Assembly (NCBI GenBank): GCA_964416765.1
Contig: CAYQEU010000001.1
Coordinates: forward strand, 340,480 to 404,479
Source: an uncultured Candidatus Saccharibacteria bacterium
GTDB lineage: Bacteria > Patescibacteriota > Doudnabacteria > UBA920
Reading direction: 5' to 3'
Length of the DNA: 64,000 nucleotides
Shown here: positions 19,229 through 28,225 of the stretch, in pieces
How positions within the stretch are numbered: the first letter of the stretch is position 1
How the letters are laid out: every line of letters starts with the position of its first letter
The notes under the pieces: generated by a model
What the model was told of the DNA's origin: nothing
What the model saw: only the letters and a program-made list of their open reading frames with translations
Databases searched by the model: none
Position numbers and translations under genes: made by a program

Positions 19229-19966
19229 ATGCAAGATTTAAGTCTTTTGGACTTGCTCCAAAGCGGGGCTCATTTTGGGCATAAAACCTCAAGATGGAAC
19301 CCGAAAATGAAGCCGTATATTTTTACGACTCGCAACGACATCCACATTTTGGATCTGGAAAAGACCAAGCGTGGATTAGTTAAGGCCGCCAACGCGGCCG
19401 CAGAAGTGGTTTCTAAGGGCGGTACAGTACTGTTTATTGGCACCAAGCGCCAGGCCCGGGACATAGTGAAGAAGTACGCCCTTGAGGCAACCATGCCTTT
19501 CGTAAACGTCCGCTGGCTCGGCGGCACCTTTACCAACTTCAAGACTATCCAGAAAACAGTACGCAAGCTGGAAAAGTTAAATGACCTGAAAGCTTCCGGC
19601 GAATTGGAAACCCGTTACACCAAGAAAGAGCGTTTGCTCATCGAACGGGAAATCGAAAAGCTCGAAAAGTTGTTTGAAGGCATTAAGGGAATGCGCAAGA
19701 TTCCCGAAGCGGTTTTCATCGCTGACGTGAACTATGATGACATTGCCCTTACCGAAGCCCGCAAAGCTGGCGTGAAAATTATCGCCATCGCCGACAGCAA
19801 CAGCAATCCGGAAAACATTGATTATGTTATCCCTTGCAACGACGACGCTACTCAGGCTCTTGAGCTGGTAGTCGGCTATGTAGCGCAGGCCATCAAGGAA
19901 GCAAAAGCCACCCAGGTTTCAACCGCTCCGGCACCAGACGCAAAAGCGGAAACCAAGGAAGCATAA
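19229..19966 (+). CDS. rpsB: 30S ribosomal protein S2
   Basis: GAHFGH, WNPKM, RWLGGTFTNF, PCNDDA. Confidence 0.97.
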   Translation: MQDLSLLDLLQSGAHFGHKTSRWNPKMKPYIFTTRNDIHILDLEKTKRGLVKAANAAAEVVSKGGTVLFIGTKRQARDIVKKYALEATMPFVNVRWLGGTFTNFKTIQKTVRKLEKLNDLKASGELETRYTKKERLLIEREIEKLEKLFEGIKGMRKIPEAVFIADVNYDDIALTEARKAGVKIIAIADSNSNPENIDYVIPCNDDATQALELVVGYVAQAIKEAKATQVSTAPAPDAKAETKEA

Positions 19967-19987
19967 AAATAAATTAAGATATTTCTC

Positions 19988-20575
19988 ATGAACCAAAGTG
20001 AACTCATAAAAGAACTGCGGGAAATGACCGGAGTCGGCATTTCCGACATCAAGACCGCTCTGACGGAAAGCGGCGGAGACAAGGATAAAGCCTTGGAAAT
20101 TCTGCGCAAGAGCGGCGCCGCAAAGCTGGCAAAGAAAGCGGACCGGGTAGCCAAAGAAGGATTAGTTGAAAGCTATATCCATGCTGGCGGAAGAGTCGGA
20201 GTACTGGTAGAATTAAATTGTGAGACCGACTTTGTGGCTCGCACAGATGACTTCAAAGATTTAGCCAAGGAACTCGCTCTGCATATTGCCGCAGCTAACC
20301 CGTTGTATATCGCTAAAGAAGATGTTCCGGAAGAAGTACTGGAAAAGGAACGCGAAATCTATAAGGAACAGTCCAAGGACAAACCCGCGGATGTTGCTGA
20401 CAAAATGGTAGAAGGCAAAGTCCAGAAGTATTTTGAAGAAGCCTGCTTGCTTGAACAGCCCTACGTTAAGGACCAGGGCGTGAAGATTTCCCAGTTGATT
20501 GCAGACCGCGCCGCTAAGATGGGCGAGAACATCCAAGTCGGCCGCTTCGTCCGCTACGTACTGGGCAACCAGTAG
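19988..20575 (+). CDS. tsf: Elongation factor Ts (short form)
   Basis: IKELREMTG, ELNCETDFVA. Confidence 0.96.
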   Translation: MNQSELIKELREMTGVGISDIKTALTESGGDKDKALEILRKSGAAKLAKKADRVAKEGLVESYIHAGGRVGVLVELNCETDFVARTDDFKDLAKELALHIAAANPLYIAKEDVPEEVLEKEREIYKEQSKDKPADVADKMVEGKVQKYFEEACLLEQPYVKDQGVKISQLIADRAAKMGENIQVGRFVRYVLGNQ

Positions 20576-20619
20576 GCAGTCGAAAGCGCCTCATAAACCC
20601 AAATATTAAACATACAAAT

Positions 20620-21372
20620 TTGTCTTTCCAGGTGCTACCCAACTTAATCTTTCTGTTCTCCCTAGTCGGGATTATAGTTTTGATTTTACGCCGGGTACCA
20701 CAGGCGACGGGAGTGAATTCGCTTCACGCCTTGAAGTCAGAAGAAGCTCCCGCGCCGGAAGAGCAACTGCGAGAAAAGGGTGTCCCGGCAGTTACTTTGT
20801 CGGAATCGCGCAAGGTAGTGAATGCCGCTGGGAAGAAAGTTTGGAAGTTTATGCTTGAGGCCAAGGGGTTGTCACACACCGCTACCGTCAACCACCGCAT
20901 CAAGAAGTTTTTGCATATTTCGCGCAAGAAGGAGTTACCCCCGGCAGAGTCCATTTTTATGGATGAAAAATACTACATTGAGCAGATTAAGCGTTTTCCG
21001 AAGGACTGGCAGCAATACAATAATTTGGGCCAGTACTACATAGAACACCACAACTATGAGGACGCGCTCGGAGTGTATGAGTATTTAACCCAGCAGGACC
21101 CGCTAAACGACGCGTTTTGGGCAAAACTCGGGTATGTTAAGATGCGAAAGTCGGATTTCACCGGCGCGGCGGAGAGTTATGAAAAGTCCGTCGGACTTGA
21201 TTCTAGTCACCCAAACCGCTATTATAATCTGGCTCTGGCTGACATTGAAACTGAGAAGTTTTCAGAAGCACAGGATGCTTTGAAAAAAGCGCTGCAACTG
21301 GAACCGGAAAACCAAAAGTACAAAGATGCTTTGGATGAGGTGAAAAACAGGTCAGCGATAGCACAAAATTGA
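20620..21372 (+). CDS. Membrane-anchored TPR protein
   Basis: N-terminal TM; C-terminal TPR-like repeats (YNNLGQYY, WAKLGY, YYNLAL). Confidence 0.8.
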   Translation: MSFQVLPNLIFLFSLVGIIVLILRRVPQATGVNSLHALKSEEAPAPEEQLREKGVPAVTLSESRKVVNAAGKKVWKFMLEAKGLSHTATVNHRIKKFLHISRKKELPPAESIFMDEKYYIEQIKRFPKDWQQYNNLGQYYIEHHNYEDALGVYEYLTQQDPLNDAFWAKLGYVKMRKSDFTGAAESYEKSVGLDSSHPNRYYNLALADIETEKFSEAQDALKKALQLEPENQKYKDALDEVKNRSAIAQN

Positions 21373-21378
21373 TATTAT

Positions 21379-21454
21379 GCCGTTGTAGCTCAGTAGGTAG
21401 AGCATCTCCATGGTAAGGAGAAGGTCTCCGGTTCGATCCCGGACAACGGCTCCA
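21379..21454 (+). tRNA. tRNA-Thr(GGT)
   Basis: Cloverleaf GCCGTTG...CAACGGC-T-CCA; anticodon loop ATGGTAA; discriminator U73. Confidence 0.96.
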
Positions 21455-21457
21455 GAG

Positions 21458-21487
21458 AAAGGCACCTAGGCGATTGGGTGCCTTTTT
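21458..21487 (+). terminator. Intrinsic terminator
   Basis: AAAGGCACCTA...TGGGTGCCTTTTT. Confidence 0.75.
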
Positions 21488-21523
21488 CTTGTCCGCAAAA
21501 ATATTTGGGTTTATTATAAACAT

Positions 21524-22573
21524 ATGTCTAAATATTCACCGGAATTCGGCTTGGGATTATCCAAGGATTATAGCCCTGACGCTTCGCCTGCCGACGGAAA
21601 CCGCTGGGAGCAGTTTTTCAAGCGCAATAAAGAGGCAATACAAAAATCACTGGTTAAGATTGTAGGGGCTAGTGTATTTTTGAGCGCGAGTATTATTGAA
21701 CCATATAAAGCTGTCGCCCAACAAATGTCTTTCACCAAAGAGAGCGTCGCGAGCAGAAGTATAGAGAATTCCGGCCGGAAGCAGGAAAGACAAATTCAGC
21801 GGGAAATATTGACAGACGAAAGAGAACGAGTTTTTGTGGAATTGGATGAGGAGTTTTATGAGCTAAATGAAGGCAAGGCCCGTAACGCCTTTATTGACTA
21901 CGAAGACCTGTATGATTTTATGGAAGCCCATAGTGCCAGGCATGCTTATATAGCGCACACCCATCCAAAGGAGACCTACATCGATCCATTAAAAAAACTT
22001 TCGTATTCCCAAGAGAGGATTGATGGCATCCTAAGCGCTCATGAACTTCCTCCAGAGCCGCCGAGTATGATGGATTTTAGCGCCCAGTATGGAATACAAA
22101 ACCACTTTAAACCCAAAGGTATGGATTTAAGGGGAAAGGTAATTGACCCGGAAGGAAATTGGGTATTTACGGTTGCGGACAATAACCATTTGTTTGAAAG
22201 ATTGCAAGAGGTCGGGTCAGTAATGCAACAATCACTGGTAAAAAACCTAACTAAAGGAGAGTGGAATACTATTAGAAAGGTAATGGAAACCGGAACAGTG
22301 GACCCGCGGGAATTAAGCAGCTATCTGCAATCACTGCCCAAAGAAGAAGACCGATTGGGGGAGAAGAAGAAATTGGGCCAAAAACTAGATAATTTAGAAA
22401 AAGAGGTTATGCAAGGCTTTAACCAGGAAATGGATGTATATGAAAAAGTTGAGAAATTAGCTTTGGCCGTGATGACAAGTCCATTAGGACCAGAAAGAGA
22501 AAAGGCGATTGCTGATTACGTCGGCTATTGTTCCCGTAACGGGATAAACGTCTCTTATAATAAAGCGAATTAA
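21524..22573 (+). CDS. Hypothetical protein with JAB/MPN-like metallo-motif
   Basis: Upstream Glu (ERERVFV), AHTHP and PPSMMD; hydrophobic segment near the N-terminus. Confidence 0.65.
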   Translation: MSKYSPEFGLGLSKDYSPDASPADGNRWEQFFKRNKEAIQKSLVKIVGASVFLSASIIEPYKAVAQQMSFTKESVASRSIENSGRKQERQIQREILTDERERVFVELDEEFYELNEGKARNAFIDYEDLYDFMEAHSARHAYIAHTHPKETYIDPLKKLSYSQERIDGILSAHELPPEPPSMMDFSAQYGIQNHFKPKGMDLRGKVIDPEGNWVFTVADNNHLFERLQEVGSVMQQSLVKNLTKGEWNTIRKVMETGTVDPRELSSYLQSLPKEEDRLGEKKKLGQKLDNLEKEVMQGFNQEMDVYEKVEKLALAVMTSPLGPEREKAIADYVGYCSRNGINVSYNKAN

Positions 22574-22582
22574 GGGCTAGGC

Positions 22583-22611
22583 TTGCTTTTTTTGCCAAAA
22601 TCCAGTAAAAT
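22583..22611 (+). promoter_or_regulatory. Promoter for tRNA-Tyr/tRNA-Thr/rpmG
   Basis: TTGCTT, 17 bp, TAAAAT. Confidence 0.6.
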
Positions 22612-22637
22612 TATCTCTGTACTTTGCTAATTTTTAA

Positions 22638-22723
22638 GGGTAGGTACCCAAGTGGTCAACGGGGGCTGACTGTAAATCAGCTGGCTTTAGCCTTCAGAGG
22701 TTCGAATCCTCTCCTGCCCACCA
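22638..22723 (+). tRNA. tRNA-Tyr(GTA)
   Basis: GGGTAGG...CCTGCCC-A-CCA; loop CTGTAAA; long variable arm. Confidence 0.96.
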
Positions 22724-22733
22724 GATAATAATT

Positions 22734-22809
22734 GCCGGCTTAGCTCATCTGGTAGAGCAACGGTTTTGTAAACCGTAGGTGGTCGGTTCGAGCCCGACAG
22801 CCGGCTCCA
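22734..22809 (+). tRNA. tRNA-Thr(TGT)
   Basis: GCCGGCT...AGCCGGC-T-CCA; loop TTTGTAA. Confidence 0.96.
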
Positions 22810-22826
22810 TAATTGAAAGGAAATGT

Positions 22827-22982
22827 ATGTCACAGGACAACCGGATTGATATGGAATGCACCGAATGCAAGCGCATTACCCATCAAACCAACAAGAATAA
22901 AAAGAATACCCCGAAGCGCTTAGAACTGTCCAAGTTCTGCAAGTTCTGCAAGAAGAAGACTCTTCACCGGGAAACCAAGTAA
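22827..22982 (+). CDS. rpmG: 50S ribosomal protein L33 (Zn-binding type)
   Basis: CTEC...[19 protein letters not shown]...HRETK. Confidence 0.95.
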   Translation: MSQDNRIDMECTECKRITHQTNKNKKNTPKRLELSKFCKFCKKKTLHRETK

Positions 22983-23044
22983 ACCTCGCGCAAACCGCGA
23001 GGTTTGCTATAATATAGGCTGTTTGGGAATAGAATTGATGCCGT

Positions 23045-23118
23045 GGGGGCGTCGTATAATGGTAGTACAGCGGTCTCCAAAACCGCTTGCGTGGGTTCGA
23101 TTCCTACCGCCCCTGCCA
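23045..23118 (+). tRNA. tRNA-Trp(CCA)
   Basis: GGGGGCG...CGCCCCT-G-CCA; loop CTCCAAA. Confidence 0.95.
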
Positions 23119-23178
23119 GGACTTTATAAAAGTGCGAAAATCGCCGTGAAGGCGGTTTTTTGTTATCATTTACACACT

Positions 23179-23802
23179 ATGGCAAACAGAAAGCTTGTTA
23201 TTTGGGATTTTGACGGTCCAATTGTTGATTCGAGAGCCCTGGCTCTAGAGCTAACTCAGGTTGGATATCATGACGTCGATGAACATGTTCACCGCAATCT
23301 TTTTAATGGAAATGTTTATGTTGAACTTTCTAAATTGAGAAAGAGAGAATTGAGCGAAGAGAAGCAAGCTGAATTTTTAGAAAAGAGCTACTGGCCAAGG
23401 AAATTAGAAATTGTCCCTGTCCCTGGAATAACCGAAGTTGTAAAGGAGCTTGCACGGGATTTTGATATGACTATTAATTCATCAAGCAGTACAGCCGTAA
23501 TTCTTAATTATTTAGTCAAAAATAATTTGTCTGCCTATTTCTCAAGAATTTACGGCAACGAAATCAAAAGTAAAGAAGAAAAGTTTGAAATGATTCTCCA
23601 AGACTTTAACTTGCTGGCCCAGGACTGTGTTTTGATAACTGATACCCTGGGCGATGTCCTTGAAGCAAAAACTTTAGCAATTCCTTCCATAGTAGTGCTA
23701 TGGGGTTATCAATTTAAGGAGCACTTCGACTCAGTACAAAATGAAGTAGTATTTGTTGAGGATGCGGGCCAGCTTATTAGTGCGGTTCGAGGCCACTTTT
23801 AA
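23179..23802 (+). CDS. HAD-family hydrolase
   Basis: WDFDG motif I and TDTLGD; likely start at ATG 23179 because the longer ORF overlaps tRNA-Trp. Confidence 0.85.
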   Translation: MANRKLVIWDFDGPIVDSRALALELTQVGYHDVDEHVHRNLFNGNVYVELSKLRKRELSEEKQAEFLEKSYWPRKLEIVPVPGITEVVKELARDFDMTINSSSSTAVILNYLVKNNLSAYFSRIYGNEIKSKEEKFEMILQDFNLLAQDCVLITDTLGDVLEAKTLAIPSIVVLWGYQFKEHFDSVQNEVVFVEDAGQLISAVRGHF

Positions 23803-23842
23803 AAGCATCGTCCGAACAGCGTTTTTTTGATATCATTTAATC

Positions 23843-24277
23843 ATGCAACAAGAAATATTAGATTATCTTAGCAGTCAGCGAATTGGAGTGTTGGCACTTG
23901 AAATGTCGGACGGCTCACCGCACGCCGCAACTCTTCACTACGCTAATAATGAAAGCGGGGAGATGTTCTTCTTTAAAACCGACCGTGCGTACCGCAAAAG
24001 CGAGGCCCTTTTGTCCAGAGGAATCGTGCGGGCATCCCTGGTAATTGGTTTTAGTGAAAGCGAGATGAAAACCTTGCAGTTGGACGGCGAAGCACGTCTT
24101 CTTGAAGAGGGCACTCAAGGACTTTTTGAGAGCGTGTACTTTGGCAAGTTTCCCGAAAAGCGAAAACCCGAACCGGATCCCAATGCTGTGTGTTTTGTGT
24201 TTACGCCCAACTGGTGGAGATTCACAGATTGGACTAAGCCAAAAGGGAAAAGCATCATTTTATCCACGGATAAATAA
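23843..24277 (+). CDS. Pyridoxamine 5'-phosphate oxidase-family (split-barrel) protein
   Basis: GVLAL...DGSPHAA, TLQLDGEA pattern. Confidence 0.75.
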   Translation: MQQEILDYLSSQRIGVLALEMSDGSPHAATLHYANNESGEMFFFKTDRAYRKSEALLSRGIVRASLVIGFSESEMKTLQLDGEARLLEEGTQGLFESVYFGKFPEKRKPEPDPNAVCFVFTPNWWRFTDWTKPKGKSIILSTDK

Positions 24278-24279
24278 AC

Positions 24280-24783
24280 GTGCTGATAATAATCACAGGG
24301 CCACCGGGGGCGGGCAAAAGTACCATGTCCCAGGCATTGGCTCTAAAACTTAAGAAGACCGTTTATTTGCCTACGGATATCATCCGCAGCTTCTTCGTTA
24401 ACGGTAGTTATGTTCCGTGGGATACTTCACCGAAAGCCAAGAAACAGCACCTGCTGTTCGAAGAAATTGTTACCCGCATGGCAGAACAATACATTGCCAA
24501 TGGATATAACGTGATCTTAGATGGAATTTATGATGACCAGGATGTAATTAAGCTCAGCAAGGTATCAAAAAAAGTGAAGGCCTTTATCTTGTTGCCGACT
24601 CTGCAGGTAACCCGCGCGAGGGATCGAGGACGGGAAAAGGCAAAACAGATAGCACATAGAGTAAAGCCTTTACATGATTACTTCAGCAAAGCCAGTTTAA
24701 AGCGTTTCGAGCTGATCGACTCAAGCGAGTTAGACGCTAAACAAACCCTTCGTAAAATTATATCTAAGTCAAAACTGAAATAA
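24280..24783 (+). CDS. P-loop kinase (AAA_33-like)
   Basis: ITGPPGAGKST, VILDG. Confidence 0.8.
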   Translation: MLIIITGPPGAGKSTMSQALALKLKKTVYLPTDIIRSFFVNGSYVPWDTSPKAKKQHLLFEEIVTRMAEQYIANGYNVILDGIYDDQDVIKLSKVSKKVKAFILLPTLQVTRARDRGREKAKQIAHRVKPLHDYFSKASLKRFELIDSSELDAKQTLRKIISKSKLK

Positions 24784-24807
24784 AAAACCGCCGGACAGGC
24801 GGTTTTT
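24782..24807. terminator. Bidirectional intrinsic terminator
   Basis: AAAAAACCGCC-GGACA-GGCGGTTTTT. Confidence 0.8.
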
Positions 24808-24809
24808 AC

Positions 24810-26159
24810 TTATATATCAAATCCTCTACTGCGAGCCGAATGGTCGAAGCTCTTCCTCCCTTGCGGTCTGCCCCCACTGGAGCGGCGAGATGAAGAGTAT
24901 CCGCGGCGTGCTGGCCTGTTAGAGTCTTGGGATCCGCGCTGGCCACTACGACTGCGCCCAAAACTATGGCTTGACTTGGTACTTCTGGCGGCGCGACCCT
25001 CATGTGGTTTTTTTCGGTCGTACGAAGCCGGGGCAGTTGTTACCGCTTTACCGCTAACAGATTTTTTGTTCAGCGTCTTCTTAATTAAGCGCTCGATTTC
25101 CCGAATATCAGAATGCTGGTCGGTAGTTGCGAATGAAATTGCGTGCCCGCTTTTGCCTGCCCGGGCCGTGCGGCCAATTCGGTGCACGTAATCCTCAGCC
25201 TGTTCCGGCAAGTCATAATTAATTACGAGTTCAATGTTGGTCACATCAATTCCCCGCGCGGCGATATCAGTTGCAACCAATACCCGGTACTTTCCGATCT
25301 TAAAACCGTTCAATGCCTCAAGCCTTTGATTCAAAGAACGGTTAGAATGTATTTCCGCGGAAGTGTAGCCTTGCTGGCGGAGGGTGGCAGCGATTTTTTT
25401 AGCGCCAAATTTTGTACGGCAGAACACCAGGGTGCTCCCGTTGTATTCTGTCAGAATCTTTTTCAAGAGATTAGGTTTCTCTGACTTTTCCACCATAATG
25501 ATTTCCTGCGTAATTTGAGTTGCGGTGGAACCGGCCGGGGCCACTTCAATTCTAGTAGGAAGTTTCAGAAAAGCGTTGGCAATCTCCGAAATGGATTGGT
25601 CCATGGTTGCTGAAAAGAGCAGAGTTTGGCGGTTGGAAGGCAGGTGGGGGAGGATTTGCTTAAGCTGTGGGGCGAAACCCATGTCTAGCATCCGGTCGGC
25701 TTCGTCCAAAATAAGAATTCCGGTATGTGACAAGTTAACTTTTTTGGAGCCAAGCAGGTCAATCAACCTTCCTGGTGTGGCTATCACAATGTGGGGACCC
25801 TGCTTCAAAGCGGAAATCTGCCGGTTCATTGATTCGCCGCCGATTACCACCGCGGTTTTTAACCCAAGTGAGCGCCCAATTTGCTTTAATGATTCATTAA
25901 CCTGTACAGCCAGTTCCCGTGTTGGTACCAGAACCAGCCCTTTGGATTTAGTTATTACCAGGCGTTGCAGCATGGGAATACCGAACGCAAGAGTTTTACC
26001 GGTACCAGTTTGGGCTATGCCAATCATGTCTTTGCCCGCGATGGCAACAGGTATGGACTGGCGCTGAATCGGGGTGGGAGTTTCGAAACCTTGTTTGGAG
26101 ATGACCTCCATTAATTTCGGTGCGATCCCTAAACCACTAAAGTTGTTTTCGTTGTTCAT
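24810..26159 (-). CDS. DEAD-box RNA helicase (RhlE-like)
   Basis: AQTGTGKT, PTRELA, DEAD, SAT, HRIGRTAR; basic C-terminal tail. Confidence 0.95.
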   Translation of the reverse strand: MNNENNFSGLGIAPKLMEVISKQGFETPTPIQRQSIPVAIAGKDMIGIAQTGTGKTLAFGIPMLQRLVITKSKGLVLVPTRELAVQVNESLKQIGRSLGLKTAVVIGGESMNRQISALKQGPHIVIATPGRLIDLLGSKKVNLSHTGILILDEADRMLDMGFAPQLKQILPHLPSNRQTLLFSATMDQSISEIANAFLKLPTRIEVAPAGSTATQITQEIIMVEKSEKPNLLKKILTEYNGSTLVFCRTKFGAKKIAATLRQQGYTSAEIHSNRSLNQRLEALNGFKIGKYRVLVATDIAARGIDVTNIELVINYDLPEQAEDYVHRIGRTARAGKSGHAISFATTDQHSDIREIERLIKKTLNKKSVSGKAVTTAPASYDRKKPHEGRAARSTKSSHSFGRSRSGQRGSQDSNRPARRGYSSSRRSSGGRPQGRKSFDHSARSRGFDI

Positions 26160-26207
26160 AATGCTTGTATTATAGCAGTGATGCGAGTTTTTTGATAACC
26201 TTTCAAT

Positions 26208-26750
26208 ATGATTGAATCAGAGATGCAGGCACTATATGAAGAGGCTATGGAGCATGTGGAACTTCACCACTGCAGCGCCAAACCTTATGGGTACGGCAAA
26301 CAGTTGTATGAATTGGCAGTGGAGCAGAGGGGCCAAAGCATGTTAGAAATCGGCACAGGGATTGGCTATACCACTGTCCTTTTAGCCAAAGCCAGACCGG
26401 AGGCAAGGATTCAGACAATTGAACGGAACATGGAGCACGTGGAAGCTGCGACTAAATTTTTGGCGGGTCACCTTAATAACCATAGAATAGAAATAATTGA
26501 AGGGATTGCAGAAGAAATTTTGCCGGAACTGCCGAACCCTTATGATTTAATTTTCTTTGACGGGTTTGGTATCCATTACGAATTTTTGCCCCAGTACCAA
26601 CGACTGTTGTTGCCAGGAGGCCTGGCGGTAATTGCCAATAACCATCTAAAAAGTAAAACCAGCGATAAATTTTTCCATGAATTACACCACTCATCCGCGT
26701 GGAAAATTATTGAACAATATGGAGACACTACTGTGGCGAGGAAATTGTAA
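26208..26750 (+). CDS. Class I SAM-dependent O-methyltransferase
   Basis: LEIGTGIGY, YDLIFFD. Confidence 0.85.
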   Translation: MIESEMQALYEEAMEHVELHHCSAKPYGYGKQLYELAVEQRGQSMLEIGTGIGYTTVLLAKARPEARIQTIERNMEHVEAATKFLAGHLNNHRIEIIEGIAEEILPELPNPYDLIFFDGFGIHYEFLPQYQRLLLPGGLAVIANNHLKSKTSDKFFHELHHSSAWKIIEQYGDTTVARKL

Positions 26751-26811
26751 ATTATTTTTTGTCCCCGGTTTGGCCGTTCGTGATACAATATAAGATATTA
26801 AGCGAACAAAT

Positions 26812-27009
26812 ATGAAAACATTAGTAAGCATAGTGCTTTTGCTCCTCGGCGTTTATTGGCTGCTTGACCATCACGCCCCATTGCCCTTAAACCATGATTC
26901 ACTTGGACTCCATAACCACACAATCCATGAGATAATTGGAGTGGTACTACTGGGGATCGGCATTTTCTTCTCCTGGCGTTGGAACCGCAAGCCCCAGCCC
27001 AATATGTAG
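26812..27009 (+). CDS. Small two-TM membrane protein with His-rich loop
   Basis: Two hydrophobic helices; loop DHHAPLPLNHDSLGLHNHTIH; followed by a terminator. Confidence 0.65.
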   Translation: MKTLVSIVLLLLGVYWLLDHHAPLPLNHDSLGLHNHTIHEIIGVVLLGIGIFFSWRWNRKPQPNM

Positions 27010-27016
27010 TTAAAAT

Positions 27017-27039
27017 AAAACCGCCCCCGGGGCGGTTTT
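27017..27039. terminator. Bidirectional intrinsic terminator
   Basis: AAAACCGCC...GGCGGTTTT. Confidence 0.75.
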
Positions 27040-27049
27040 ATCATTGAAA

Positions 27050-27583
27050 TTATTTTATGCAAACATAACCTTCGGTGGTTTCCAGGTGGTAACCCATATT
27101 CATCGCGGCATCCCGCTCGCTTGCACTGGTAGTGTAAAGGTGGTCACCATTGCCGTTATCGTAGCGGTACAGCCGATAAAGTGGGGTAGAGCCCGGTACC
27201 GTTGATGGGAATATAAACCCGATCATGCCTTCGCTAACATAACCATTTGGTGTCGCGGCAGTAGTAGAGTAGAAATGGTCTGTATCTGAATTGCTGTAGA
27301 ACCGGTACAGCGGAATAGTGTTATCGAGCTGGGTATTTTCCACTCCCCAGGTTGTTTGTTCATCGGAATACCCGATACCCGTTTCTTGGGGGTTGTTGGT
27401 ATAGAAGTGGTCTACTAGATTAGGATTCCACCTGCGGTATACCGTGTTCATAGCTGCTATATAATTTGGGTCTGAGCAGGAACTGTTGGTGGTAACCTGC
27501 GCGGCGGCCAAGGTAGGGAAAATACTTGCTACTCCCAAAGCCATCATAGCCATGCTCGACAAGTACCTCAATATTGTTTTCAT
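27050..27583 (-). CDS. Secreted protein with DUF5648-like repeats
   Basis: Signal peptide; three YR..DH(F/L)Y(T/S)...GY..E repeats. Confidence 0.75.
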   Translation of the reverse strand: MKTILRYLSSMAMMALGVASIFPTLAAAQVTTNSSCSDPNYIAAMNTVYRRWNPNLVDHFYTNNPQETGIGYSDEQTTWGVENTQLDNTIPLYRFYSNSDTDHFYSTTAATPNGYVSEGMIGFIFPSTVPGSTPLYRLYRYDNGNGDHLYTTSASERDAAMNMGYHLETTEGYVCIK

Positions 27584-27725
27584 ATTTGCGTTTTTAATTA
27601 TCAGACTGAAAATTTACGCGCGTAAATTCTTCTTTAAATACAACGCTTTTTCTGCGAAATAGTTACTATTTTATGTAGCATGAAAATAAATGAAGCCTGT
27701 TCCGAAAAACAGGCCCCAAGTCCTT

Positions 27726-28181
27726 TTAGTAGCTGATGTTATGAATAGTTTGGTTTCGACAGTCAACCAGGACCGCTTCTCCAGTGGACAGAGTCCGACT
27801 TTGCCGGTATTTGCTGCAGTATAAACCGCAGAAATGCGCCGGAAACTTTTCCGCCCAATCGAGATGCACCACCAAAACCATGTTTCTGGCGTTCTTCTCA
27901 TGGTGCCGGAGCACCTTGTATCCGTCGTACATGCGGCTTGTAGTGCAGGGGCCGCCAAAGGCATGAAAAACCTCCACCTCCGTATTCAGCCGTGTCGCAA
28001 TGATTCCCGCTCCCTCGATGACTGTTTCCGTGGGGCAACAGAAAACCTTCGTCTTCTCCCTCCCAAACATCTCATATACTATCGCCGCCATTTCTTCATA
28101 TTGCCGTTTGCCGGCTTCCGATACTCCTCTGCGGTCAACAGTTGTTTCCGCCTGTCTCATGATTACCAAATTATGAATCAC
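27726..28181 (-). CDS. Degenerate histidine-phosphatase (SixA-like) protein
   Basis: VIMRQAE in place of the RH motif, plus LVVH; AGGAGG SD upstream; downstream terminator at about 27695-27714. Confidence 0.5.
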   Translation of the reverse strand: MIHNLVIMRQAETTVDRRGVSEAGKRQYEEMAAIVYEMFGREKTKVFCCPTETVIEGAGIIATRLNTEVEVFHAFGGPCTTSRMYDGYKVLRHHEKNARNMVLVVHLDWAEKFPAHFCGLYCSKYRQSRTLSTGEAVLVDCRNQTIHNISY

Positions 28182-28225
28182 AACCCATTTCCTCCTCGAA
28201 TTGCTGTTGTGTTATTTAACCATTT

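Noticed and set aside
21379-23118. tRNA-targeted integrative element
   Set aside because: No integrase and no duplicated tRNA 3' end (att site) found by eye
22779-23178. N-terminal extensions of the rpmG and HAD ORFs in the track
   Set aside because: They run through tRNA-Thr and tRNA-Trp; downstream ATGs at 22827 and 23179 fit better
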